DNA of 57,465 bases, the filler included, from Sluysia triapertura (Eukaryota), in NCBI GenBank assembly GCA_046118255.1. It is 4 parts of 4 records of this genome, joined end to end, with 100 filler letters (N's around TTAATTAATTAA, not from the genome) between each part and the next. Parts side by side here need not be neighbours in the genome. Positions count along the whole stretch, not along the records: positions 1 to 15,161 come from JBJNIA010236444.1; positions 15,262 to 31,720 come from JBJNIA010203263.1; 2 more parts are not named here. One strand, written 5' to 3'. Below, piece by piece: positions 11,100 to 25,567 of the stretch. Both the position numbers and the translations under genes were made by a program. Within the stretch, counting starts at the first letter, position 1. The number at the start of each line of letters is the position of its first letter. The notes beneath the pieces are model-generated. The model saw only the letters and a program-made list of their open reading frames with translations, did no database searches and was not told the origin of the DNA.

Positions 11100-12480
11100 A
11101 TTTAGTTCGACATCACTTTTACCATGAATTTTCCTCGAATAAAATCTCCGTAGCAACTCGACATTGCTACTATCAGGAATCTTAATCTTATCACTACTAC
11201 CATGAACTTTACATCAATTTCTGTTAGATATGAATAAAGTCTTTCCTTATAATTTGGGTTTTCTTTATTTTCCTTAACACATTTAAATTGGATCATCGCT
11301 TGTTCATAAGCAGATTTTTATATCATTTTCGCCTATCTTAATCAAAGTATTTAATAACTTAGGTATCAATGACCTATGCAATCCACATCTAATTTACACT
11401 CACGAAGCTTCATACAGGTCAGGTATGTTAAATGACTTACTTTAAATTTTAAAAGCTTTATGGTTGAGATTTTTCCTTATACAATAAAATTCATCAAGTT
11501 TAGATTTATTTCCCTAAAAAGTCTAACATCAACTTTAGTATTCTACGTTTCAATCCTTCCACACTTATGGAACATTTGTTAGGTCATGGTCTATGAATAG
11601 TTTTTATAGTGCCATTGACATATTTTTACATATTTTATGATGACATCTATATCACCATTAAATAACGCACAAACAAATATCTTCAAGAATTCTGAAGATA
11701 ATGTTTTTGAAATTTCCCAACAATCTTTCTATTTTACTTTTTCTAACTTAATGTTTAATTCATTTAGAAATTTGATACCCTCAGTCATCATATTTAACTA
11801 TATAAAACATTACCAACTTGACTTTCTTTCCTATCAGTATTTTTAAATCGGTGCATCCGAGTGTTTTTAAAATTGTTGCAAAGTTACAGTTATGCATATT
11901 ATCATTTATATTCATTATTCTAATTTAAAGCGATTTTTTTCTCTAACTGGGACATTTCAACATGTTCACCACTTTTCAGTGGGACGTATCATGTCATTTT
12001 ATGTAATTCTGTAGATTCATATGCACCCCTTCTGCATAATTTATTGAATTATCGTTATTTTGACTATGCATTTTTTAGAAGTTGAATCTAAGTTCTTGTT
12101 TTATTCCTGAGAACAAACATAACTTTTCCTACATTTTACATGACGTTTTCTCTCTTCGAATCGATTTCAATTCCAATAAAACTGTACCAGGCGGTATCAA
12201 TTCATTCTGCGATGTCATCGACTATTGAAACGTAATCGACTGTCTTTAACATATGTACAACACGTACATAAAGTGTCTTTTCTTTAATGAAATTGGTTAT
12301 ATTATGAACTATTTTCTGTTCAGAAATATGTGCCATTATACATGTTACACAACTTTGTTTCATATTTTTCTGTAATTAATTGTGTTACTTTTATTACTTG
12401 CTTTTAAAGTTTCCATTTTCACTACAAGTGTCTTGATTTCATAACGAAATTCAAATCTGCGCAAAGACATATCTTTCAAT
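11100..12480 (-). pseudogene. Unidentified heavily decayed coding region
   Basis: Long protein-like frames with scattered stops and frameshifts, e.g. EGIKFLNELNIKLEKVK*KDCWEISKTLSSEFLKIFVCALFNGDIDVIIKYVKICQW. Confidence 0.3.
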
Positions 12481-13662
12481 GTACATTCGAAAAAACTATT
12501 AATATGTTCAAATACTGTGGCGACTTCATGTGGTTTCTTTTACATTATATTATTGTTAGCACTTTGTTTTAAATACTATAATAGAATTAATCAATTTGTG
12601 GGATTTTCTTCGTACATAAATGTAAAAATTTAATTATATTTAAAGTACTGAGACCGTAATTCTATTTCTTCAAGTAATTTATACTAACGAAGTTGATTAA
12701 AAGTAATAAAGAAGGTAGTTTAACTGATACAAAATATAAACTAAGTATTTGTAATACTAACGTAAATACTGAATAAAACTTACCTATCAAAGTCGATAGT
12801 TAAATATCTGCATTACATTCTAGAAAGAAAGTAATTGTTAATAACAACAAGAGTAATTTTCACAACGTTTTATGTAATTTATATTTAATAAATAAAATAT
12901 ACTGCAATAAAATAATAATAATTTTAACGTACCAGATATTAAAAAATATTTATGTCGAGGAAATTGTATATGATTCGAAACACCACAAAACGCACCACGA
13001 GCAAGATGTATTTTTAGTATTATTCGAACTGCAGAATAATTCATAAAACCACCCTAAAATTATGATTATAAGATTATTTTCATTAAAATCATTTTACACT
13101 TCAATTAAATCATTTCATATACCAATGAGATCCTTATAAGAAAACTATACAAATTATATTCATTTATATATATACGTGATTATATCGTAAATGAGCAAAG
13201 ATTTTAATGTATTTTGTGTGAATAAAATGCATAAAGCTGTTATCAATATAAATAAATCTAAATATATTAAATTAAAATTTACAATCCTAAATGTAGTAGC
13301 AATAAGAAAAAGAATTCAAACAAAAATATTTAATTTTTTTAAAGATTAAATTTCTTTTCATCATTCCACAAACAGTAAAACATTCAACACTAATAATCTA
13401 TATCCAATCAGTGATTATTACATTCTCATATCCGTAATTTTAAACGATTAGTATGTAATTTCAAACGATTTGTAAATACTTGTAAATTCAAATATATAAA
13501 TATATATTGTTGTAAATAATTGTAAATTATTAGTTTCACATAATAAACTACCGATTTTTGATTTTAATATTTTAATTGTGGAAAATACTGGAAAGTATTA
13601 AATTATTTTAATTTCAAATTATTTTAACAATATAACAACATATTATAAAGATACATGTATTT

Positions 13663-14362
13663 TGTTTTAAAAAATATTTTATTGACCTTCAAGGTCATAT
13701 TTTTACTATTTAAAAAGAAAATTAAATACCTTTAAATCTTGTCTTACGGTTGATTTTGGAAATCTACCAGAAGAAGAAGACTTACTATCTATTCTATTAA
13801 TTTTTACTCGATAGTTTAATTCCTATAAGCTGTTTTAGCAATTTGTAATATTGCACGTTATAAAATCCCGTAGCTACCATTTAGCTGAGTAAAATATTGT
13901 TCAAAAATTTATCAAGATTATAATTATTAATAATCTGTATAAATTATTATCATTATCTTTTATTGTGTTTTCAATTTATCTAACTGTTATACCAATATAA
14001 TTTCCAGTTGTTTCAAAATCTTTTCAATTAACGACGTGTAAATTCATCTGTAATTAGTTTAAAGTTATTTTTGTTCATTTTTCTAACCAAATTAAAATCT
14101 TTTCAAGTTTTACGAATCAAATTAAAATCTCCAATAAAGTTTGATGCAAGTTAAAATCATTTTTAAAATCATTCATATTAAATCTGATTGGAAAATTATC
14201 GAGAAAGTTTTTAATAGTTCAAAAGATTCGGAAATAAATTAAGCTCCTTAAACAATGAGATTTTAAAATCCAACGGTTAGCCCTAACCGGTAATACTAGT
14301 ACGTTGGTGAACTCACATTCTTAATTGGAGGAAAAATAAAATAAGAAATACCTCGCACAGCA
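13663..14362 (+). mobile_element. Hairpin-family element copy 2 (solo-LTR-like)
   Basis: TGTTTTAA start, TGACCTTCAAGGTCA palindrome then TATTTAAA, conserved hairpin at 14261-14316. The 3' end is approximate and no clean TSD is seen. Confidence 0.45.
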
Positions 14363-14396
14363 TTATAAATTCTTACATTTTAATAATAATATTTTA

Positions 14397-15161
14397 ATGA
14401 TTTTACAACAATTGTCAAAGTTCTTAGATGAAAATCAACTTCTTACAATGTATCACTCAACAGAAACGACTATTTTAAGAATAAATTATGATATTTTAAA
14501 TTGTTTTAATCACAATAAATATGCTTTGATGGTTTTGTTAGATATATTTGCTGCTTTTGATTATGAAAGAATGTGTATTTCATTTAGTGCATTTGAATCA
14601 TACATACTTAAAAGAAAGAAGACAAACGTTTTATTGAATAATGTGAAGTCAAATGAGGTGTGCGTAAACATGAAGGTCCTCGGGGATCAATACTTGGTCA
14701 ATTATTGTTTATAATAATATATCAATTATGTTTCAAGTGTAATCGAATCATATGGTTTTAAAACCATATATATGCTGATGACCTGCAAATATATACTGAA
14801 TTTGAATTGAATAACAGAAAATACTATTCAAGGAACTGAAGAACTAGTTTCTGAATTGATAAAACGGTTTGGAAATAAATACTTGAAAATCAATAAAGAA
14901 AATCAGAATATAAAATTTTCGGTAATAAAAATAGCTACAATACTTGAAATAGCTAAAATAATTGAAATAAAGTTAATTGTAGGTGGTGAGACACTAGATG
15001 CGAAGTAAAAAGGAGCTGTTATATGGATTCAAAAATGAACATGGAAGAAAATATTAATTATTAATTAATTAAATATTAATTAAAGAAAATTTATTAATAA
15101 AGAAACAGCTAAACTTATTGTTCATTCATTGATAACTAGCAACATAGATTTTAACAATGGT
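14397..15161 (+). mobile_element. CR1/L2-clade LINE reverse transcriptase remnant
   Basis: YHSTETTILRINYDIL...LLDIFAAFD, VPRGSILG-like and HIYADDLQIY motifs with frameshifts. An (AAT)n tract follows across the gap. Confidence 0.85.
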
Positions 15162-15261
15162 NNNNNNNNNNNNNNNNNNNNNNNNNNNNNNNNNNNNNNN
15201 NNNNNTTAATTAATTAANNNNNNNNNNNNNNNNNNNNNNNNNNNNNNNNNNNNNNNNNNNN
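15162..15261. other. Artificial scaffold spacer (N44-TTAATTAATTAA-N44)
   Basis: Identical 100-nt spacers at 31721-31820 and 46524-46623. Confidence 0.95.
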
Positions 15262-15269
15262 ATAATAAT

Positions 15270-15336
<67 letters not shown>
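15262..15336. repeat. (AAT)n tract, possibly the LINE 3' tail
   Basis: AAT run directly downstream of the RT remnant and gap. Confidence 0.9.
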
Positions 15337-15337
<1 letters not shown>

Positions 15338-15439
15338 TGAAAGATAATGAATTGAATAGTACAGGATGACGCAATAATTAATAGTCATACTGATTACTTC
15401 GTCTGGTTACGTGTTTTTTACAGTACTAAAAAATTATGT

Positions 15440-15800
15440 GGTAGCAGTCGAATAAAGTAAAGATTTTGTGAAAACATTTTATGATACAAGTAAAAATCAA
15501 CAAGAAATTATGAAATATTTTTAAAAAACTTATATGGGATTAAAATATCTATTCATGTTATCTAATATTTTAAACACTTATTTAAAGTATGGCTGTTGAA
15601 TTTGATAATGATGACCATTAGCTTATTGTAATCGATCTTCGGATTTGGAATGGATTAAACAAGCTCATAAAACGAGTAGCTCAACTAAGAAATTGACAAC
15701 ACTATGAATAATTATTGGAACAAATAAATTAAGAGTAAAAACTAAATCAAGTGGAACAAAATCCATCAAGAGACACATCCAACTGAACCTGGCATAGTTC
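15440..15800 (+). mobile_element. Possible MULE transposase C-terminal remnant
   Basis: EIMKYF*KTYMG resembles the YFExTWIG motif. A downstream TTL*III..EQI-like stretch resembles HPxIWKxI..LKKEQ. Confidence 0.3.
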
Positions 15801-16822
15801 TAGAAGCTAATGATGTAAATGAAAAGTTTTGTGATGTGTTTTGCTCCAAAATTTTATGAAAATCTTGAATAACTATATTTATAAAATATGAATTCTAAAA
15901 TATTTGTTTTATTAACATCACGTAGAATATTCTCGATTTATCCGGAAACATATTTAACCTTTAATTCAGTGTCACTATTTTGTCAGATATTTCCCAATCC
16001 TCAGATCAATCATTCTCAGTAAAATAAAATTTAATGAAGGTGTTATTATTTATGATTTAAAATTGAACAAATTCCCATTAAATGAATTGAAATTAAAACT
16101 AGGAAGTTGTATTTCAAGAAATGACATTTTGACTAGATTTTGTTTCAATAAAATTACATTGACATTGAATCCAACATGTTCATTCCAAATTTATCTGAAG
16201 TTCGATCATTAACTCAATTGAATCTCCCTGGAAATTTTCCTAGTTTAAAAGTAAAAAATGAAACAATGACAAAAAATTAAATGTTTTATTTACAGCAAAG
16301 GTCTTGAACAACTCTGCCACTTGCAGACAAAACAAATAATACTGAATGAGAAAGCATCAATGAAGTTAAGTTTATATCAACAGACAATACTTACAGTGCT
16401 TCTAAATTATATGTTAACTTTAAGGCTCAATTTTTTAAGTATGACTCTTTTTATAATAGTGATTCAAGTTTATTAAGTGTTGGTTTAGTCTACCTGTTTT
16501 TCAGAGTAAGTCTACCCACAACGAAATTTAACTGCAATTTTGTATTTTCTAACAACTGTAGAGTACTGTACAGTATAATTTTAATAGATAAGCTTAGTGA
16601 CAGTATAAGGTATCCTAATCATAATATCATGAAATTCATGTCTTTGTGATCATGTCACAATAAATGCTTGTTCATCCAACACGTAAAGAAATAAAGAAAA
16701 TAAAAAAGAAATGAAAATCAAAAAGAAGAAAAGAAAAAATAAAGACTTCAAATAAATAATTCAATTTAAATACATGTTTAATTTTTTTATATTTTTCTTT
16801 AAGTGCATATAGTTAATAACAG

Positions 16823-17325
16823 TGTGACAAATACTATTCGTTCATATCATTTTGTACTCATTAAACAATACATAAAGTTACCATTCAAACATCTATAGTC
16901 CTTTTGAGAATTGAAGAATACGTTGGAGTTTCCAAGACCTTTCTAAGGTGTTGAGAACCATGAGGAAGCTAGATAATTGTTTGAAAATATATTTGAAGCG
17001 TTAAATTAACTTTAATTTGTAAATCTAAATTCATCTTAAACCCACCACTCTTTAAGATTTTTTGAGATTTCGATAAAGATGTGAGACCTTCAGTATTGTA
17101 AATTGAAATTTCAATTGAAAGTAATTGAAATCTTTAAGAAATTTGAAAATTAAATCATCGTTAACTAATAGTAAAAGCAAATTTGATAATAAATAATAAA
17201 GAAGTATAAAAAGTATTCAGAGTGGTGAAGGTGAAAGCATCTAGGACCCCTGAGTGCTTATAAAGTAACACACAACTTTAAAACCTTAATGAAACCTCTA
17301 AACACAAACTAAGATTAAGTTTACA
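16823..17325 (+). mobile_element. Probable solo LTR (503 bp)
   Basis: TGTGAC...TTTACA termini flanked by AACAG/AATAG, a 5-bp TSD with one transition. Confidence 0.45.
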
Positions 17326-20300
17326 AATAGATGATTTATTAAAATTTTATTTAACTTAATTATGAAAAAAGTACGTTTTTACGAATAATGATTGAATGCA
17401 GAATGCTATGTCAAAGTTGTATCTGTGTATGTATTAAAAGATCATCCGATGAAGATGCGGTTTGACCGAATTCATGCGATGAAAGCCTTAATGTTGAGCA
17501 AAATCAAGTTTGAATTACTTCTCAATTCTAGAATGTTGAAAAGGTAATGATTTGAATATGAGATGAATGATTGAAACAGGAGCATCTAGAATTGAATTTG
17601 AAATGTACATAGAATGACCTGTTTGAGAATGAGAACCTTAAACACTTTCCATTTGAAAAAATGGAAATGAATTGAAATTTAAAAACGCCATTATTTTTTA
17701 TGGTTGCTGACTATATTAGTGATTGTTATTTTAATGTTAGAAGTTATTTAAGTAATAATAGAACGAATAGAGTAGAAGAAAATAATGGTTTATCATTAAT
17801 CAAAATTTTATATACTATACCTAATAAAGCTGTTATTGCCGGCCTAATCCTAAAAGAAGGTTCTTATGATTTATATAATAAAATGTTTGATTGTAAAACT
17901 CAAGTATATAATGGAATGCTTAAAACATTTTACACAAAATAATTATGACACAAATTAGAATACGGTAATGACAAATGTATTCAGAGAATATTCATATTCC
18001 ATGTTCGGGAAATTGGTAATTTTTATTTTAAAATACAATAATGTTTAATTCTGGGAGAAGTAATATTATAATATTTTATCATTTAAATAAATTGAGATTT
18101 TTGGAAAGCTCCTTGCCTAAATTATTTTTAAAATAATATTTAGTGTTTGGGAAACACTTTGACCAATTTATTTCATTTTATAAATCTTAATTTTTAGAAT
18201 GCATTTAGTTTACAATTTATTTACTTTTATATTTTGTTAGGGATAATAAAAAATGATTTTTTTTAATATTAAAACTCAAAAATAATTGGATAATAAAAAA
18301 TTTTAAAATTGAATAGTACAAACACAGTAACATTATCAAGTTAGGAAATCCATGCTAGATTGGTATTAATTTTATTGCTTCTGTTATATATCAATATTAA
18401 TTTTATTTAAAAATTTTAAATAATTATAATTTTGAATAATTTGTTTTGAATACGTTTAACTCATCTCTTATATGTCAAAAATGGAAATGCAATTAAATAG
18501 GATTTCAAGTCAATACGGTAATCTTACAATAATAAAATAACTTATGTTTTTTAAAACATTTTTAAAAAAATGAAGATAATTTAAATCTGCAAAGATTTTA
18601 TTCAAAATAAAGTATTTTAAATGTATAGATGGAATAGAAACCACACTTAGTAAATAGCACAAAATGTTATATTAAATTAAATATTAATACACTCATTTGA
18701 ACAATTTTATGTAACTTTCAAATTATATCCACAAGGAGAAGTCCAATTACACCAAAAGTATTGATAGAAGAGTAATCTGTTGACAAATTTTTGTAAATAT
18801 TTTTTAAATAAAATAAATAAATAAATTGCATTTGTAATATCGAATCTAAAAATAATTTATTAATTATTACTTTTGTTTGCTTCAATCACTTGTGTCATAT
18901 ATTAATTTATAGTTCCTTTTATTACTATTTTTAAATCAGTTCTTATAATCATTAATTCCATTAACAATTACTACTACGAATGCGTTTTAATAAAAAATAT
19001 TGAAAATAAAACAAAATTCAAATAAAGGTTTATCTTTACATGTTTAACAGTATAAACCATAAAATTAATTAAAATAAATTAAATATATGTAGTATATTAA
19101 ATTTATTTAGTAATTTTAAATAAACTAAATTTATTAAGACTGTTATAAATTTTTGTTTTGCATTTATTTGACAATTTAATTAAATGAATTAATTTTTTTA
19201 ATAAATACATCTTAATATGTATTTAAAATTTTAGTCTAAAAATTTTTTTCTTACAATAATATAAAATATTAATTAAAAACTTACTATTTTAGGAAAGAAT
19301 AATAAACAATTATAAGTTATATATAATATAAATCATACAAAACGTAAAAGCAATAAATATAAATAATAAATAATAAATAAAAAATATAAAAACCAATAAA
19401 ATCATTGTTAAAATATGATTTGTTAAATATAAAAATAAAATGATAAATGATTTAAATTATCTTAATAATATTTAATTATTTATTTCAGTTTAAATATTCC
19501 AAAAACAAAAAAATAAGAAAGAATAATTAAAATAAAATGTAATAAAAATGGTTGCATTATTAAAGTCTTTTCGATAACTATTAATTTTTAAATTTACAAA
19601 ATTGTGGCATAGTTAATATTATTTAATTATAAAATTGTGTTTAATAATTTATTTAATAAAATAATATTTAATATTCATATTGTTATCAACAATTATTTTC
19701 ATAATAATTACATTATTATAATTATTGTTTCAATTTACACAATTGAACATTAAACACGGATTATATAAAATTGCAATACAAATTATTTTACAAAAGATAT
19801 GATCAATTAAAGACAAATTTATTGAAATGTATCATTCGAGTATTTATGATAATAGATTTCACTTTTTATCTATTAGACATTCAATATTCAGTTGAGGTTT
19901 TGTTCGAATTCCGACAGTTCATGAAATATGAAGGCTTCCTTAAATTTAACAATTCCTTTTTTTAAATATGTTTAATAATGAGTCTATTTGAATATAATAA
20001 TTACATGAAACAACCAATCAGAAAACGTCACATTATCTTAAAGTGATGTACTGTAGTTTTATTTAAAAGCAAATATTATATTATTAAATCAACTAACAGT
20101 TTATTTTAATTTTTCAGTTCGTCTATATTTGGAAACTTAAAACTTACAAAAGGTTTTGCAAAAGAATTTTAAAATAATTAACAGATACAATGTTAATTCG
20201 AGGATCTTTTTACCTTCTAATTTCTTACTTTATACATTCTTTATTTATTATTTATAATGGGAATCTTGCTCTCCGAAAAAATCGATTATTTTTTTATTTC

Positions 20301-21058
20301 CTCCTCCTTTATTATTACTTTTTTAATATGAATTACCACAATTAGGTATTATTGATATTTCAACTAAACTTTAAGCGAAAAATGTTAAAATCTTTTAATG
20401 CAGTACCTACATAAAATATCTTTATGTATTGTATTAGTTTATTATTATTTTATGTTTTGAAAATTGCAAATAAGAAGACAAAAGAGAACATGCAGAAATT
20501 AATATTTTTTACTACAATAATATACAAATGAGTGTAGATCAAAACAAAAGAAAAATCGAATTCAAACGAATATTTGTCAATCTATCAATACTAGCTGTTT
20601 ATTCGATAGTGAAAATTTTAGTTGCAATGTTAATAGTATTATCAAAACACTTTAAGTGAAATATTTTAACTTTCTTTCTATATGATGAAACTTATTACTT
20701 AGACTGATTAATCATTCTAGTCGATAAAATGTCCGTATTTGAGGTTTATCCCGCAGCTAAAGATAAATTCAGGTTCCCCTTATAAATAATTTCAACCACT
20801 ATAAATAATGTAATTTTATTCAATTTCTTTTTATTTTATGCTCATTCACATAACCACAGTTACCATAGAATAATGTTTACTTTTAACATAATTTTTTAAA
20901 TAATTTTCTTCCAATTACTAATTACATTATTAATAATATTTAATAAATTTATTAAACGTATATAATTTCAAATTTAAATTTTACATTAATATCTGTGTAA
21001 CATATGAATCATGCTGCATAATTTATTTTTATTTTTATCACTTAAAATTATTAACAGA

Positions 21059-21136
<78 letters not shown>
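21059..21136. repeat. (AAT)n microsatellite
   Basis: Perfect AAT run. Confidence 0.95.
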
Positions 21137-21137
<1 letters not shown>

Positions 21138-22746
21138 TTGCACATTTAAACAATGTTAAACAATTCTTAATAACTTTAAATTGAGAGCTAAGAATATCAG
21201 AATAAGATTTAACTTCAATTACATTATCTATATAGCAGTTAATACAATTGATATGCTTTTCAATTTAAAAGACGCCTATCATAAATAAAAAGATATACTT
21301 AAATGGAATTTACTTGTGATCCAAAACTTACAAAAAATAGCTTATCAACAGAACATATAAATCTTTTCTTAACGAAATGGAAATCAAAGATGAGAAAGTA
21401 TTTAATAAATATTTAAGAAAGTACCTTAATAAATATTTGCTCAACAAATTTTATATATTAAATTTTATTGCAACAAACAAGTGATTTTATTCGATTATTT
21501 AAAATGTGGATTTCAATAAGAGAAAAATTTTAGAATAAATTTAAATCAGGTCTTTTACGCATTGTATGTATTATCTCTAAATTAGCATTAGTAATTATTT
21601 CCAAATTTACGGTTGGTTGAGTGGTTGTTACTGTTTTTTATTTATGCCAATGGTAAACTCGTTAGTATCTTTTTTTCAACTGTATCAAAAACTGGACTGC
21701 TTTCTCATTATTTTCTAATATTTCTTTGTGTAAAATATTATGGTACAACTTGCTGGCACTGGAATTGCATTTGCTATATCATTTTCTATAGTAAATGTAC
21801 ATAAATTTTAAAATATTAAATTTATTGTATTTATCACATCATTAACATGGTTATTATCTAGATTAATTAATATGTCTAATCGACCATTATTATTTAACAA
21901 ATAACTAGTAAACAAATCAGGCATTTTATATATTAAACCCAATATTAAAGTTGTTTGAATTTTTTAAATTTATTGGCCAAAAAATGTTCTTTTACACGGA
22001 AAATATCTTATTAGCCTCTTGAACATATTTCTTAAATATTAGAAGTATCGACAGTACTATACTGTAAAATAAATATAACTGGTAATTTATTTGTTAAGGT
22101 CTTATAAATGCTTTTACTATTAAACGGGTTTATATGTCCAAAATTAGCCACTTCTTTAATTATTGATTCATTTTCCATTTTTAACAAGTAATGTACTTGT
22201 TCTCCCTTACTAATGACTTCTTGTTATTTGTATCAGCGATATGTTCAACATCCGTTATCATAAATAAATTACTAAAAATTCTTCTGTCAGCTTCTTCCTT
22301 TTCTTCATCAATAAGTTTTGTCGTTTTAAATATTTCGTAAGATGCTTATTTTCTTCAATCATAATCCGGTGGATACTATATGACTAGAAATATTGCATGG
22401 AGCCATCGCAAAGTAAAATCATTCATTATACTGACACCTTGATGAAAATAGTTACTTTTCTTTAGATATATAAGGGTTAAATGTTATAGTGTTGAAAACT
22501 AAAGATTTCATTATTTTGAAAATGATATTTGACTGAAATTGTGAATTACAAATAGGTTGAAAGAGAATAGTTTCATGTAAGTGAATTAGATAAATTATAG
22601 GATATGTTTTGGTAAATTCAAAAAGGTAGTTGTGTGATGTTAAAACGATGTGATTTTGGTTATGTTGTGTTCAAAGGAAAAATTTTAATAAAATTTATTA
22701 AAGGTTAAAGATTGACCACCACATTTAGCATTTTCTACTTAGTATT

Positions 22747-23157
22747 TGTTAATATACACTTTTAGCGTATTTAACTCTTTAAAAATAAAAAAAATAATGT
22801 TAATTTACGAAAAAATAAAATTGTTTTCTAAAAAAGAAAAATTTTCCAAAAAAAGAAATCGAAAATTCTGGAATTCTTGAGAAATTACATTGATTTTGAT
22901 TAGTTCATGACTAGTATATATACTGGCATCAGTTTAGTTTAAATCTCAATTTAATAACACAATTTTAATGGTTTAATTGGTGTAACAATTTTCAAAAGGA
23001 TTACAGGAATTTTTATGCCAATTCAACGATTCAATATTGACTGCAGCATCCATATTTAGTTTTTCTATTCGAATTTAGTAATTTATTTTTGTTAAGGTTG
23101 TTTTAACACTAGGATTTAAAACATTAAACTACACCAAACACAAATTTTAATATAACA
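22747..23157 (+). mobile_element. Probable solo LTR with degenerate HSE (411 bp)
   Basis: TGTTA...TAACA termini. GAAaaTTCtgGAA at 22861, then gattttgatt and gtatatata. Size and layout match 54936-55353. TSD not evident. Confidence 0.45.
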
Positions 23158-24574
23158 TTTAATCCCTGATTCACCGAGGGATAAAATCATTTCTCAAATA
23201 TTCATAATTATAAAAATTAAAGACCTTAGCAAGTTTTTTATTTTAAATTGTTTATTTTTTATTATTTATTTGCTGCTTTACTATTAGAACAATTTGTAAC
23301 TAATTAAATAACCATAATTTATTAATAAAATTTTAATTACATTAATATTTATTCTTTGTTATTCGGCTGTTTGTAGCTCATTTGGAGGATTTATATTCAA
23401 TTTTTCAAAATATCGAAATTGTGACGTGTTAAAGCATTATAATTGTAACGTATTATACCTACTGAAAACTTTCTTTACAGAACATCACATTTTTTGAAAA
23501 AATGGAATTATCGCTTCAAAAATATATAAATTGTTGTGATTTACTCTAAAACCTACCTAACATAAATTTTATTTAAAATATAAAGAATTCGTATATAGTG
23601 CAAAACTTGTCTATATGATTTTAACTGAGGTCTTTTAATCGATTTTATTATTACTAAATCTACGCACTTACTACAAATTTGTAGTTTATTTATTAAATAT
23701 TTAAGTCCTTGTTTAAAGTATGACTATAACAATATATTTTAAAGGGCTTGTTTAAAATAGCCTTTTCACAAAAAATCTAGTATTCATTTTAATTAATTTA
23801 TAATAAATAAGCTAAATTAATCAAATTAAAATAGAAGGTAGAAATAATATGGAGACTTATATTACAATATGAACTTTAAATGAAATTAGAATTTACTTAA
23901 TTAGAATTTATTCGACCTCCTTAAAATGGTTGTCAGCAAATAATTAAAAACGTTAAGTGGATTTTATGTACCTCATGAGGAAACGTACTTAATTATTAAG
24001 ACTAATATAATGTAAATATGCCACTCTACATATTGAAATTTAGGCTGGAAAACAATAGCTTAATATTAAAATGCTTTCTAATATTTGAATTGAAACCATA
24101 ATTTGAAATACACTAAATTTATACTGGAATTTTACCTAATTTTTCTTCAAATTTGTGCCAAAATACTTTCAATAAACACTTTTAATTAGATTCGATTTTG
24201 AAATTTTAATAACTAAAAACTTCGACTAAATATTGTAATAATTTTAATTCAAAAATCTTCCTTTCTCATTTCTGTTTTCAAAAATATTTAAAAATTTATA
24301 AATATTTCCAATCTATAAACCATTGATTTCCTTTTTCCGTTTAAATTTTTTAAATAATTTAACAAATATTTTAAAATTTTATATTATAATAATTTAATAC
24401 TCCTATTATTCACATTGATTATGTTAGTCTTTATCGTACTTTATCATTTTTTTATATTTATCATTAATCATTTATATCTTACAAAATAAACTCAAAAAGC
24501 ATTTTGTTTTAATATTAAAATTTACTAAAATTTACTTCATATTTTTCAACCCTTAAATGAAAATGCGGATTAAT

Positions 24575-24820
24575 TAGAAAAAAATTAGGAAAAGCTACAC
24601 TACTGATCAAAAAATTCAGGTTATCAAATTCGAAAAATCAAATGAAGGACCTTTACATTCTCAAAGAGATATGGCAGCCCATTAAACATTATTATTGAGT
24701 CAAAAAATTCTTTAAAATGAGTTTAAATATGCAAAAAGAGTTTATAATAACTTCTCCGCTTTAAAAATTGATAGATTAATGTATGAGAGGTTTATTAAGA
24801 AAAGACACAGAAGCTTCATT
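24575..24820 (+). mobile_element. pogo/Tigger (CENP-B-like) transposase N-terminal remnant, cut by hairpin-family copy 3
   Basis: RKSYTTDQKIQVIKF...SQRDMAAH (psq HTH) and IDRLMYERFIKKR (start of the Tc5 HTH). Confidence 0.6.
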
Positions 24821-24824
24821 ATAT

Positions 24825-25567
24825 TGTTGTGGTTTTTTCTAACCTTACGCTAACAGAATAAAGTAAAACTCATACGTGAGTCCACCAACGTACTAGGCTT
24901 ACCGGTTAGGGCTAGCCGTTGGATTTTAAAAAGAATTTTATTTGAAGATTATAAAACTGCTTAATACTTACTAGTTTAGAAGTAAAATTCTTTTAACTTA
25001 GTGAAATCTGGAGGTTATTAAAAGTGCTAAAAGGTTATAATGAGATTTTGTGAAAATCATATGAAAAGAATTTATATGAATTGATTTTATGAGATTAGAA
25101 TTAAATTCTGATAAAACTTTAATGCACGGGCGATTTTATGATTTTGAAACTATCAAAATTGCTTTATTATTCAAAAACAAAACCTCTTTTTAAATAATTA
25201 CATATTCACAATTTAATAAATATTAAGATACAATAATTAGATGGTTATAAATACGGATTTTACATTAACTAACTATTATTTCAAGTTAATTTTAAAAAGA
25301 AAGTTTTGAGTATATTTTACGGAAGATACTTATTAGTATCAAAATCTTAATAAAACAAACTAACGTAAGTTAAGTTATTTCAAAGAAGCAAAAGATCCTT
25401 GATTTGAATAATCTCTTGGAATAAGATAGATTTTTGATCAGTTGAATGCGTCCTTACACTTGATAAAAATATTTAAAATATCTTCATGTTTAATTGTGGT
25501 GTAAGCATAAATTTTGTGTGTATATTTATGTTTTTGTATTGGCCTTGACCTTTATTTCATTAAAACA
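24825..25567 (-). mobile_element. Hairpin-family element copy 3 (solo-LTR-like, 743 bp)
   Basis: TGTT...AACA termini with ATAT/ATAA flanks. Hairpin at 24876-24931. The 25490-25567 end aligns with the reverse complement of 3806-3900. Confidence 0.6.

Noticed and set aside
15162-15261. TTAATTAATTAA flanked by N runs (three times)
   Set aside because: Identical 44+12+44 layout with stops in all frames: an assembly linker, not biology. Adjacency across these gaps is uncertain.
17445-17490. Possible hammerhead ribozyme (atgaagatgcggtttgaccgaa)
   Set aside because: Lacks an intact CUGANGA/GAAA core and stems I and III.
24876-24931. Hairpin as a tRNA/SINE head, a -1 frameshift signal or a conserved peptide
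   Set aside because: It has a D-arm-like GGTTAG but no T-arm or B box. The spacer after TTTAAAA is too short for frameshifting. Conservation includes third codon positions while the flanking frames diverge.
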